Source: a virus | Length of the DNA: 64,000 nucleotides | Virus record (IMG/VR): IMGVR_UViG_3300037470_000672 | Span: 64,001 to 128,000 of that record | Reading direction: 5' to 3' (one strand) | Part shown: positions 16,006-25,214 of the stretch, in pieces | Numbering within the stretch: position 1 is the stretch's first letter | Layout: every line of letters begins with the position of its first letter | Notes under the pieces: model-generated | What the model was told of the DNA's origin: nothing | The model's input: only the letters and a program-made list of their open reading frames with translations | Databases searched by the model: none | Made by a program: the position numbers and the translations under genes

Positions 16006-18774
16006 CTATGAGTCCTTCGAAACCGTGTACCGCGCCACGCCTACCCAATGCGTATCTACACGCACGCCTGCATTCGACAGCGCCACAAGCCTCACGATCC
16101 AGTCCGAACCGATCGAAGCCGTGTAGGTGGCCAGCGTGGTGAACACCGTCTCAGTGAACGAAGCTGGCGCCCCACCAAGCTCGCGGCCTTGCTCCGTGAT
16201 TGCGACCGTCGATTCAAACGCACCGCCGTTCGGTCCGCCGTCGGATCCTTTAGCTGCAAAGAATCCTCGGATAACTATACTGTAATGGAGTGTCCGGGTA
16301 GCAGAGCCTTTGGCGGTACCTGATAGCTCAAGAACAAGGTCTACCGATGCGTTATCGGTGGCTAGATCGGAGAAAAAGAAGTTGTAGAGAACAGTTCCTG
16401 TAGCGCCATCCGCTGCCAGCGCCGTGAAATCTATAAACTCCTCGAAGAGTTGCTCGCTAAGCGTTGCGTCCTCTTGGAGGAAGATTTTGCGTCCGGCGGA
16501 CAGGGGTAGAGGTCCCATGTCTAGTGGCTTGGCGAATTCTACCTGTGCGTTGTTTGATGTCAGATCGCCGTCGAGGAAGGTATCTCCTGACACATTAAGC
16601 TGATCGTCTACTGTGAGGTCGTTTGTAACTTGGGCCGTTCCCGCAAAAAATACGTTTCTCACGCCGTAGAGGAGTGCCCAAGCCGTATCCAACCAGGAGG
16701 CTGCTGCCGCTGGGTTAACTGCAACCGCAAAATCAGCAGCAAGATGTGGCGGAGCGCCGCCGCAGAAGACAGCAAAACCCCCAAGGGCCAGGTCAGCCAC
16801 CCAATCTGCGGTAGCTTCACGCCACCGGGCGTTCTGGGTGATGACAAAGCCAGGGTCCGCCGTAGGGGAAACGGCTGTCCGGGTGTACAGGCGCACCTTT
16901 GCGGTCCCGGTGTCCATTTCCCAGAGCAGCGTGTATCGGGGGTCTACGGCATCTGCGGGAGCCGTGTCGGTGAGAATCCTAGGGGTTTCGTGGTTGCCTG
17001 CGGATCCGACCAGATCTCGCCCAAGCTCCGTCGTTTGGTCGGGGTTCACCTCCAAAGCGCGGAAGTCACCATTGATTGTCACGTCGTCCAGAAAATCCGT
17101 GAGCGCGACCCCGAATAACCCACCCACGTGATCTATCTCACGCAACCACGCCGTCTCGACAAAAGGGCTGGCCCCTGTGTGGTAGTCAACGCTCGGCCCG
17201 ACGCTTTTGAAGCTCCCGTCGAGATTGTGGAAATCGCCCAAGATGACGCGCGAGGACTCGTTACCGCCGACATCCTTGACCCACTGCGCTCCGGCGTGGT
17301 CGTACCGGGCGTTGGTGGTAACCGCCAGGGATAGTCCGGTCGTAGAACCGGCGGGGAAAAACCCGTAAAGCCGGGTGTGCCACACCGCCGCACCGTCGGC
17401 GTCGTTCTCCCAGAGCAGGGTCCACTGGTCAACCACCGCTCCGGCCCGTCGGGATGCAGTCAGGAACCGGGTAAGCTCGGCCTGCGCGTCAGACGAAACC
17501 AGACGGGTCAGAGAGAGGCGCGCGGTGTCGAAGGTGGGTTGGCTAGCGCTGACGTCATCGCCATCAACGCGAGCGTGCTTCAGCGTGCCGGACCCAGGAT
17601 CTCGAAGGTACGAGGCTTCGGGGTAGCCAGAGAAGTCCTCACCGCCGCCGAAACGCAACTCCTCCACGCTCGGGTACGATGAAGCCAGTCCTAGGAACCG
17701 CGCATCAGTAGGACGGCCCTCCCACCAAACCTGTACGCTGTCTACATGGAAAGCATCGCCAAGTGAGTTGAAAGTGATGTTATTGAAGAACACTTCGAGA
17801 TGAAGAAGTCTGGTCTGGGAAAACCCACTTACGTCGAAGACGTCTTCCAGGGTCCGGTACGCGCCAACTGACGCCGTCATTGGATCTATGATCCGAACGT
17901 CGACGTCCGCTGTACCGTCTGCTCCCGCCATCACCAACCGGAACTGCAAATCACCAGCGGCGGCTGCCTGGTCTACACGGACCCGGACACGGACACGTGC
18001 TCGCTGCCCAGAGATGTTCCTGACAGGGACCTGAAGAGGGTACAGCGCGCTAGAGCCGTTGAAGCTACCGGTCGACGTAACGACCCATCGCAGGCTTTTG
18101 AGCCCTACGTCAGCGTCGGGTGCGGATTCGTGGATCTCCCAGTTTCCAACGCCCGTTCCGCCAGGAGGTGGAATCAGGCGCCAGTAAAACGCCGCGCGCT
18201 CGTACACCGCGCTCGACTCCGCACTTTGAAAGTCCCCGTTCTGAAGGAGCGGCGTCCACAGCGCCCGATCGGTCCCCTCGTTCTGGTAAGCAGCGCGACG
18301 CTCCAAGGCGCGCACATCCGCAGTCACAACCGGCACAGCGCCGGCTGGCACATCTACCTGTCCCACCACCACGAGCCGGCGCTGGTCGGCTGCGGAGAGG
18401 GCGCTGAACTCCGCCTCGGTGAAAGACTGCACCTCGAAGGTGGTGGGTGTAACGATCGTGTAGTCAGGTACCAAAACGAGGAAGACTGTCGTACCTGCGA
18501 GGGCTGCCAGGTCGATGTTGAACGAACCGACCACCCGCACGGCTACGGCAAATCCCGTGTCGGTCAGGCCGATGGCGTAGCTGTCGCCGGTGTCCGGGTC
18601 CGGATCGAGCTGAACGGTCTGATTGAACGCCCCGTTGGGTGCGAGGGTGAAGCCTCGGTAGACGCCGGCCGGCGCCTCGATTGCCTGTTTTTGGTTGAGC
18701 CCGTCCGTCGCCCGAACCTGGTTCAGGCGCATGTTGAACTCAATGTCGGCAAAGGTGTGGACGATGGTAGGCAC
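16006..18774 (-). CDS. Tail fibre / receptor-binding protein 3
   Basis: 922 aa; N-terminal domain paralogous to the two upstream fibres (FADIEF...GVYRGF); galactose-binding-like module (LLQNGDFQ). Confidence 0.75.
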   Translation of the reverse strand: MPTIVHTFADIEFNMRLNQVRATDGLNQKQAIEAPAGVYRGFTLAPNGAFNQTVQLDPDPDTGDSYAIGLTDTGFAVAVRVVGSFNIDLAALAGTTVFLVLVPDYTIVTPTTFEVQSFTEAEFSALSAADQRRLVVVGQVDVPAGAVPVVTADVRALERRAAYQNEGTDRALWTPLLQNGDFQSAESSAVYERAAFYWRLIPPPGGTGVGNWEIHESAPDADVGLKSLRWVVTSTGSFNGSSALYPLQVPVRNISGQRARVRVRVRVDQAAAAGDLQFRLVMAGADGTADVDVRIIDPMTASVGAYRTLEDVFDVSGFSQTRLLHLEVFFNNITFNSLGDAFHVDSVQVWWEGRPTDARFLGLASSYPSVEELRFGGGEDFSGYPEASYLRDPGSGTLKHARVDGDDVSASQPTFDTARLSLTRLVSSDAQAELTRFLTASRRAGAVVDQWTLLWENDADGAAVWHTRLYGFFPAGSTTGLSLAVTTNARYDHAGAQWVKDVGGNESSRVILGDFHNLDGSFKSVGPSVDYHTGASPFVETAWLREIDHVGGLFGVALTDFLDDVTINGDFRALEVNPDQTTELGRDLVGSAGNHETPRILTDTAPADAVDPRYTLLWEMDTGTAKVRLYTRTAVSPTADPGFVITQNARWREATADWVADLALGGFAVFCGGAPPHLAADFAVAVNPAAAASWLDTAWALLYGVRNVFFAGTAQVTNDLTVDDQLNVSGDTFLDGDLTSNNAQVEFAKPLDMGPLPLSAGRKIFLQEDATLSEQLFEEFIDFTALAADGATGTVLYNFFFSDLATDNASVDLVLELSGTAKGSATRTLHYSIVIRGFFAAKGSDGGPNGGAFESTVAITEQGRELGGAPASFTETVFTTLATYTASIGSDWIVRLVALSNAGVRVDTHWVGVARYTVSKDS

Positions 18775-18784
18775 TGCTGGTCCG

Positions 18785-21040
18785 CTAACTCTGTTCGGCG
18801 AAGACGGAGAAGTTTACAAACAAGGTGGAGGCGAAGTCACGGGCGTCTACTTGAACGGGCGCGCCTGCTCCTGAGATATCCCATATCTCGATGTCGAAGT
18901 CTGCCCCGGACTGCGATTCGACGGTCGCGATCAACAAAGAGGGTGAGATCGACAGGTCTACCTGGGCCTGCACTTGGTAGTCGTCGCTGCTGCCAATACC
19001 CAAGCCGCCTGCAAGCGTAACACGGATGCCTCGGGGAACAGATACCGTGTAGGCCACGTTCCCGGTACCGATGCTGAAACCATTGCGCACGGACGGCGGG
19101 TCGTCTGCACCAGCGTTCCCACAACGGACGCGCCCCCACATCGCTGGGAAACTCTTCGCACGCAGCTCATTCTTCACCACATCCGTAAACGGCCCATTGG
19201 ATCCACCTGCGCCTGTTGTCGGACTTGGAACGGTGGCGTGACCGTCCGTGATGGCTAGCGTCTTCGTCGCCAGCGTGAACACAAAAGATGTGAGCAGAGT
19301 GAGCTGTGCGGAGGTCAGAGTAAAGTTGCTCAATGAGGTTGTAAACAGATCGGCTGCATCGTTTACCGAAAACTTGCTAGAGAACAAGCTAAACAAAGTG
19401 CTTGTTAGCAGCACACTAGAGTCAAGTAAAAGTGTCGCTGTGTTGGTAAACACTGCTGGGTTACTATCCCATGAACCTTCGGCCCATGGACCGGACACTG
19501 TTTTGTGTTGCAAAGTGAGTGCTACATTGGTGAGCAGCAAGCGCATGGAGCTGTCTGCGATGTCCTGCGACCACATGGAGGTCGCTTCGTCCCAGACAGC
19601 GTTGGTCGTAATCGCGAGGAGACCGAGGCTGCTGACATAAATCCTTGTAGCTCGCCCTCCGGAGGACGCGCTCTCCCACAGCAGATTGTAGGAGCTGGTG
19701 GAGAACACCGGCGCGGAGACACGAGCCGTCTGCGCATTCGCGGCTGTGTCGCCAAGCCCTGACCCGAGCAGAAGACGCCCAGCCATACGCAGTGCGGGGT
19801 CCCGGCTCTTGTCGTTGAGCAGGTCCCGCATCCGTTGGAGGTCGAGGAACGCCTCCGTCGGATCTGAGTCATCGACCGCAAGCTGAACACCATCTGAATC
19901 CTGATCGGCATCAGGGTCACGAAGGGTCAACGGGCCGGCTTGTACCTCGCGTGCCCACGCCTCCTTGAAGAGGTACGGGTTGTCCGGCCCAACCGTCTGC
20001 ACCCACACTTGTACCTGATCGACGCGGAAGACCACGCCCGCCGAACCCACCTGCACGTCGTCTACCTGAAGCTCGATGCGTCGCAGCAGGGCCGCCCCTG
20101 TTGGGGGAATGACCGTGTCGGTGAAGCGCACAAAGGCACCGGAGACTCCCTGCGGCGTGAAATCCACGGAGGTTGTCGTGAGGTCAGTGCCGTCCTTGTC
20201 TACCCAACCAAGCTCGAAACGGATGGCGCCACCTACGGTCGCGAGGGACGGCTGCTGGATGAACGCTTCCAGGCGAACAGAGGGGGCGTGGTCGACCGGG
20301 ATGTTCACGAACTGCCGAAGGAGGGCCAGGTCGACGGTAGTTGTAAGGGGTCCGGGGGCTGCCAGCTCGACCGATCGTACTCCTGCGTGGGTAGCGGCTT
20401 CGGTGATCGTCCAGGTGTAGCTGTCGGTGGCAGAGAAGAACCAGCCGTCTGCCAAGCGGCTCTCGGCTGGGGTAACGGCGCCGGTACGAGCGTTTTCGAA
20501 GCCGCTGTTGAGAATGATGGGGGCGAAGAAGATTTCTCCGGACGACTTCGCCCGCCAGGCATCGGAGCGGAAAGACGCGGAGATGTCGGTTGCTACCAGC
20601 GGGACGGCCGTGGCCGGGACGTCCACTGTTCCCAGGGCGGTCACTTCCAGGCCGGCAGCCCCGGTGAACTCATCTGTCGGCGACAGCTCGAAGGCTTGGA
20701 GACGAGAGACGGTCGTGAAGCCGACGTCGTACTCGCCAGCGAGGGCCAAGACGACGCGCTTGCCGGCGAAAGCGGTCAGGTCGACGGTGAAGTTTCCGAT
20801 GCGGCGTACGGATAGATTGACCCCAGAAGCAGTGAGCAGAGCGGCAGCGTGGTCGCTGCGTTCGGGGTCGCCCTGGACCTCTACTGTGCGGGGCGCTGCA
20901 CCGGGAGTGAGGCGAAAGCCGCGGTAAATGCCGGGAGCTTCGCTGGCGACGAACTTGCGGTTGATCTCTTGGGTGAGCAGAGCCGACTTGGTCCGGGCTT
21001 GGACCTCTGCTGCGCCGAAGGTGAGGAGCGTAGCGGGCAT
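18785..21040 (-). CDS. Tail fibre / receptor-binding protein 2
   Basis: 751 aa; GIYRGFRL, ILNSGFE module, C-terminal AMWGRV...DDYQV fibre-tip pattern. Confidence 0.75.
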   Translation of the reverse strand: MPATLLTFGAAEVQARTKSALLTQEINRKFVASEAPGIYRGFRLTPGAAPRTVEVQGDPERSDHAAALLTASGVNLSVRRIGNFTVDLTAFAGKRVVLALAGEYDVGFTTVSRLQAFELSPTDEFTGAAGLEVTALGTVDVPATAVPLVATDISASFRSDAWRAKSSGEIFFAPIILNSGFENARTGAVTPAESRLADGWFFSATDSYTWTITEAATHAGVRSVELAAPGPLTTTVDLALLRQFVNIPVDHAPSVRLEAFIQQPSLATVGGAIRFELGWVDKDGTDLTTTSVDFTPQGVSGAFVRFTDTVIPPTGAALLRRIELQVDDVQVGSAGVVFRVDQVQVWVQTVGPDNPYLFKEAWAREVQAGPLTLRDPDADQDSDGVQLAVDDSDPTEAFLDLQRMRDLLNDKSRDPALRMAGRLLLGSGLGDTAANAQTARVSAPVFSTSSYNLLWESASSGGRATRIYVSSLGLLAITTNAVWDEATSMWSQDIADSSMRLLLTNVALTLQHKTVSGPWAEGSWDSNPAVFTNTATLLLDSSVLLTSTLFSLFSSKFSVNDAADLFTTSLSNFTLTSAQLTLLTSFVFTLATKTLAITDGHATVPSPTTGAGGSNGPFTDVVKNELRAKSFPAMWGRVRCGNAGADDPPSVRNGFSIGTGNVAYTVSVPRGIRVTLAGGLGIGSSDDYQVQAQVDLSISPSLLIATVESQSGADFDIEIWDISGAGAPVQVDARDFASTLFVNFSVFAEQS

Positions 21041-23961
21041 CAGTACCTGGCCCCTGCTTCGCCGATGGCGTCGTTGTAGTTGGCGTACTCGAAGTCGATG
21101 GCGATTTCTTCGACACGAATTGGGTTAAGTCCGGAATCCGAAAGCTCCACACACATGACCCAGTTACGCTCATCGTCCAGGATACCTGTACCCCCTGGCG
21201 GCTCGTCGAACTCGACATCAATAGCAAAGTCAAACTCATTGCTAAGAAGCACACCGTCCATGGTGAATGTAAACTCGTCGAACGCTTCCGGGTTGTTTCG
21301 CGTGCCCATAAGCACTCTGTACGTATCGTTTGTCGCCGGACTAACCTCCTGTAGAAAACGACCTCGAAACCGCACCGCTGTTGGTTTACGCCCCAAATCG
21401 AGACCAAAAACACCCCATATGTTGGTGGTCCCTGTCCCCCCCTGCCAACCGGTCGCCTTGGACCACTGCTCCCGCATATCCGCAGCCGAGGGTTTACCGT
21501 CGGTTCCTCCTCCTTTCACTGGCCGAAATTCCACAGGGCGGTATCTGACCACCACCGGATCTGTGCCGTTGCTCTTTAGAAGGGAGTTGGCACGGACCGT
21601 AGTAGCCTCGACTCGGTTAACGATGGCGCGAGACAGACCGCTACCTAGGTCCAATCTTCCGTCAGATAGGCCAAAGAAGGGGCGCATCAAAGGATCAGCA
21701 TCCCCTGATATTGCAGTACCGTCTTTGGCGTACTGAAAAGCCCCTAGCCAGGATATTTGGTCAACGCTGATGTCTACCCTGAGCCCCGAGCTAAGGTTCG
21801 CGCTACCGTTACCTAACACCTCGAAGAAGTCAGTCTTGTCTAGAGTGAGGCCGTCCCCGACATCCCCGCCACCAAAGATCGACAACACCTCCGCTGCGTT
21901 GTCCAAGTACACCGCCGAGTTTCCCAGCGTCGTACCGAACAACCTGAACACGTCAGCGGTATCGTCGTACCGGAACCGCCCCGCAAACGCTGCAAACACC
22001 TGGGCGTTTGAATCAAAGAACACGTCTCCGGAGTTGAGGTTGGTCGTGTTGTCGAACACGTCGGCTTCGAAAAACCCGGAGGCGAAGCTCAGAAGGGTGG
22101 GCTCTACCCCAAGTAGCGTTCCCAGCGGAGATCCTAGGAAGAACTCCTCGTTGACCCCATCCCACACGAAGCTACCGAACGCTCGGATGACTTCGTCCGT
22201 CTCGTCGAACTCCACACCGGTGCCGAAGAACCGAACGTGACGAGGAGCGATGCCTCCTACAAAAAGCGTCCCAGCGTCAAAACTCAGCTCTTGGAGGGTT
22301 GCATCTAGCGTCAGCAGGCTGTCCAGGACCCTGAGCTTGTCTGCGTCCAGAAAGGAGAGCAGCTCGACATCCCAGCCTGCGTCTACCCACGGGGCGGCGG
22401 CGCTGTCCTTGTGCACCAGCCGGACCTCATCGTCGAGGAGCTGTAGGAGCTTGGAGGTCGAGCCCGCATCATCCTGGTTCCACAGCGACGTGGACGGGTT
22501 CCAGTCAGCGTTGAAGGTCAGCGTCAGGTTGCCATCCTCTTCTACGAGTAGGCGGGAGGCGGGTTTGCCGAGCAGCCCTACGCCGAGGGATTCGATCAGG
22601 GTCGTGTAGGTCGCCGTTGCTGGGTTGTCTTGGTAAGGCGCCAGGATACGGGGCCGAGCCGCCGCATCTGCGGTCCCCAGCAAGTCCGACCCCAGGTCCA
22701 GCAAGCGCCCCCGATGCCGCAACGCAGGGGTGAACGCATGCGTCTCCAGCGTGTCGTTGAGCCGATCGATGTCGAGCGCGCCCTCATCTCCGGCGGGGTC
22801 GAACTCGATCTTGACGCCGTCCTCTCCGAAAGATGAACCATCCTTGGGGCGGAGGATGAGGGGGTTGGCGTGGCGCTCGCGGGCGATAGCCGAATCGAAC
22901 GTGTACGGGTCTTGGACGCCGTCGGTCTCCAGCCACAAGGAGATGTCGTCGAAGCGGAAAACGTCCCCTGCTGGGGTCCAAGCGACGTTTTGGAGGTCAA
23001 TGGCGATGGATTGGAGCATCGCAGCATCCACCAGACCCACTCTTCGTATCTCTTCGAGGGTACGGTAGTTCGCATCCGGAGCTGACAGGTCGATGGAAAT
23101 CGTCTCGGTGGTTTTGGCCCCCGTCTTGTTGCGGAAAACCAGCTCGATGAAGGCAGAGCCGGCCGTCGGTGCCTCAAGGAGACGCAGCGCGACGCTAAGC
23201 TTGTAGTACCGGTCCGTCAGGGTGGGCGCGTTGATGTACTGTACAATCCGCGCGGTCGTGACCGTGGAGAGCACCGCTGGTGCGACCAGCTTAACAGACC
23301 GGTTTCCGGTGTTCGGGTCTGCCTCTTCCACCTCCCACAGGAAACCATCGGACGCCAAGAACTCCCAGAAGTCGGCGAGCCGGGTATCCGGAGGCGCCTG
23401 GGCGCCGTTGCGAGAGATTTCGAAGCTCGGGTTCTTGGTGAGCGGCGCCCACTGGATGGCCGCGTCGGATGTGTTCTCCCACGCCTCTGTCCGATGAAGA
23501 GGGGTGATGTCTGCTGTTGGGATGACCCCCGCGGCCGGGACCGTCACGGTGCCCAGCACGATCAGTTCATCGCTGGCTCCGGTGAACTCATCAAGCGGGC
23601 CTAGTTCAAAGACACGGATATCAGCCGTGGTGTTCGCGCCAACCTGGTACCGAACAAAGACTGTGATGACGATCGTCTTGCTGGCGAACTGCGTCAGGTT
23701 GAGCTGGAAGTCTCCGCCGATCCGACGCAGGGAGATGGCCTCGCCAGTAGCGTTCACGTGTACGAGCGCATGGTCCTGGGTAGTCGGGTCTGCCATGACC
23801 GTGACCGCGAGGTTCGAGATGCTGGGGGCTAGCCGAAAACCGCGGTAGATACCCGCCGGGGTGTTGACCGCCTTCTTCTTGTTGATGCCTTCCGTAAGCA
23901 GCGGGCGCTTGAACCGCAGCTCGAACTCAGCATCGGCAAAGGAGACGAGGGTGGTAGGCAT
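21040..23961 (-). CDS. Tail fibre / receptor-binding protein 1
   Basis: 973 aa; FADAEF...GIYRGFRL, TKNPSFE module. Confidence 0.75.
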   Translation of the reverse strand: MPTTLVSFADAEFELRFKRPLLTEGINKKKAVNTPAGIYRGFRLAPSISNLAVTVMADPTTQDHALVHVNATGEAISLRRIGGDFQLNLTQFASKTIVITVFVRYQVGANTTADIRVFELGPLDEFTGASDELIVLGTVTVPAAGVIPTADITPLHRTEAWENTSDAAIQWAPLTKNPSFEISRNGAQAPPDTRLADFWEFLASDGFLWEVEEADPNTGNRSVKLVAPAVLSTVTTARIVQYINAPTLTDRYYKLSVALRLLEAPTAGSAFIELVFRNKTGAKTTETISIDLSAPDANYRTLEEIRRVGLVDAAMLQSIAIDLQNVAWTPAGDVFRFDDISLWLETDGVQDPYTFDSAIARERHANPLILRPKDGSSFGEDGVKIEFDPAGDEGALDIDRLNDTLETHAFTPALRHRGRLLDLGSDLLGTADAAARPRILAPYQDNPATATYTTLIESLGVGLLGKPASRLLVEEDGNLTLTFNADWNPSTSLWNQDDAGSTSKLLQLLDDEVRLVHKDSAAAPWVDAGWDVELLSFLDADKLRVLDSLLTLDATLQELSFDAGTLFVGGIAPRHVRFFGTGVEFDETDEVIRAFGSFVWDGVNEEFFLGSPLGTLLGVEPTLLSFASGFFEADVFDNTTNLNSGDVFFDSNAQVFAAFAGRFRYDDTADVFRLFGTTLGNSAVYLDNAAEVLSIFGGGDVGDGLTLDKTDFFEVLGNGSANLSSGLRVDISVDQISWLGAFQYAKDGTAISGDADPLMRPFFGLSDGRLDLGSGLSRAIVNRVEATTVRANSLLKSNGTDPVVVRYRPVEFRPVKGGGTDGKPSAADMREQWSKATGWQGGTGTTNIWGVFGLDLGRKPTAVRFRGRFLQEVSPATNDTYRVLMGTRNNPEAFDEFTFTMDGVLLSNEFDFAIDVEFDEPPGGTGILDDERNWVMCVELSDSGLNPIRVEEIAIDFEYANYNDAIGEAGARY

Positions 23962-23988
23962 GGTTCAGTAGTACGTCAGAAACACAGC

Positions 23989-24516
23989 TCAGTAGATGAG
24001 GCGGATGATGTTCTCAAGTTGTACGGCTGCGCTCTTGGTCTCCTGGGGAAAGGTTGCGTAGCCGACCATGAGCTTGGTCCCTGCTGGGTAGACCGAGCCG
24101 GCCAGGGGGTGGTCTTGGAAGATGCCGACCTCCCAAAGCTCCGGGCTGTTGGCGAACCCATCGTCGTTGAACTCGCCGAAGTCCAAACGGATCGCAACCC
24201 GAAGAATCGACGGCGTCTCAAATAGCATGTCCGCGACGGTGAGCGATTTGGTGAACGTGGCGCGGGAGTCTGCGGGGTAGCGCTGCTGGACGACTGGTCG
24301 ATCTGCGTCGATGGCAGCGTCGATGTCTTGTAGGCCGGTCACTGGATTGCGCAGAGCTGGGTCGGGGATACGTCGGACCTTGCCGCTACCCGGATCGATC
24401 CAGCCCCCCTCCCCCACCTTGAACTCGTCAATGACGTTGAACGTGACCAGACCGCTCTTTTCTTGCGGCCAGAACACCCGAGCATCGTCTGTCACCACAC
24501 CGGCAATGATCGCCAT
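23989..24516 (-). CDS. Baseplate/tail-collar protein
   Basis: IDEFKVGEGG...LWEVGIF...LMVGYATFP.ETK pattern typical of fibre-attachment proteins. Confidence 0.6.
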   Translation of the reverse strand: MAIIAGVVTDDARVFWPQEKSGLVTFNVIDEFKVGEGGWIDPGSGKVRRIPDPALRNPVTGLQDIDAAIDADRPVVQQRYPADSRATFTKSLTVADMLFETPSILRVAIRLDFGEFNDDGFANSPELWEVGIFQDHPLAGSVYPAGTKLMVGYATFPQETKSAAVQLENIIRLIY

Positions 24517-24529
24517 GTCAGGCTCCTAG

Positions 24530-25210
24530 CTAGGCCGTCCGCGCCGTGATCTCTGTCTGGCCGATGCCGACCCCGAAGGATTGCCCGTTGATAACGATCT
24601 TGCCTCCCGCCATCTGGATGCGGCCGAGCATGTTGCCACCTGAGACGGCGTCGTGGACGCTAAAATAGGTGATGGCGGGCCAATCCGCTGTCGCCGGCCC
24701 GAACGTGAGGTTGGTGTCGTTGTCGATGCGCCTGCCCGCGGCGAGAGCGACGATGGCGGCGAAGGTGACTGGCTGGCGCGCGTAGCCGATGCCCGAGCCC
24801 AACTCGGTCGGCGGAAGCCGCTCTACCCAAGAGATAGCACCGTTGTTGGCATCTGGAATGACGGCCGCACCATTGATCACGTCCACCGTCAGGACGTCGA
24901 CGAACGCATCGATGTCGAAGGTCCCATTGTTACCTCCTGATGCAGCACCAGAGATTTCCAGCTCCCGTTCTACCGAGTCGGCGACCATCCCTGTGAGCCC
25001 GGTGACCCGCATCTGTCCCGCTGGCGCTCCAGCTATGATGCTCGCTGCGGCGCCGCTTTGCCCGGGAACGGGTTTGCCCACTGCCGTGAAGTCGTCCGCC
25101 TCAGGATCGGCGATGTTCAAAGCCAGCCAGAGGTTGGCGGGTGAGGCTTGGGCATTGGCAAGGAAGAAGTGCTCCAAGATCGCGTCGGCCAAAAAGGTGG
25201 AAAGTAGCAT
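24530..25210 (-). CDS. Tail protein with inserted beta-barrel module
   Basis: FLADAILEHF...LWLAL...GYARQPV...FGPATADW...FSVHDAVSGGNML with ~90-aa insertion. Confidence 0.65.
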   Translation of the reverse strand: MLLSTFLADAILEHFFLANAQASPANLWLALNIADPEADDFTAVGKPVPGQSGAAASIIAGAPAGQMRVTGLTGMVADSVERELEISGAASGGNNGTFDIDAFVDVLTVDVINGAAVIPDANNGAISWVERLPPTELGSGIGYARQPVTFAAIVALAAGRRIDNDTNLTFGPATADWPAITYFSVHDAVSGGNMLGRIQMAGGKIVINGQSFGVGIGQTEITARTA

Positions 25211-25214
25211 GGGG

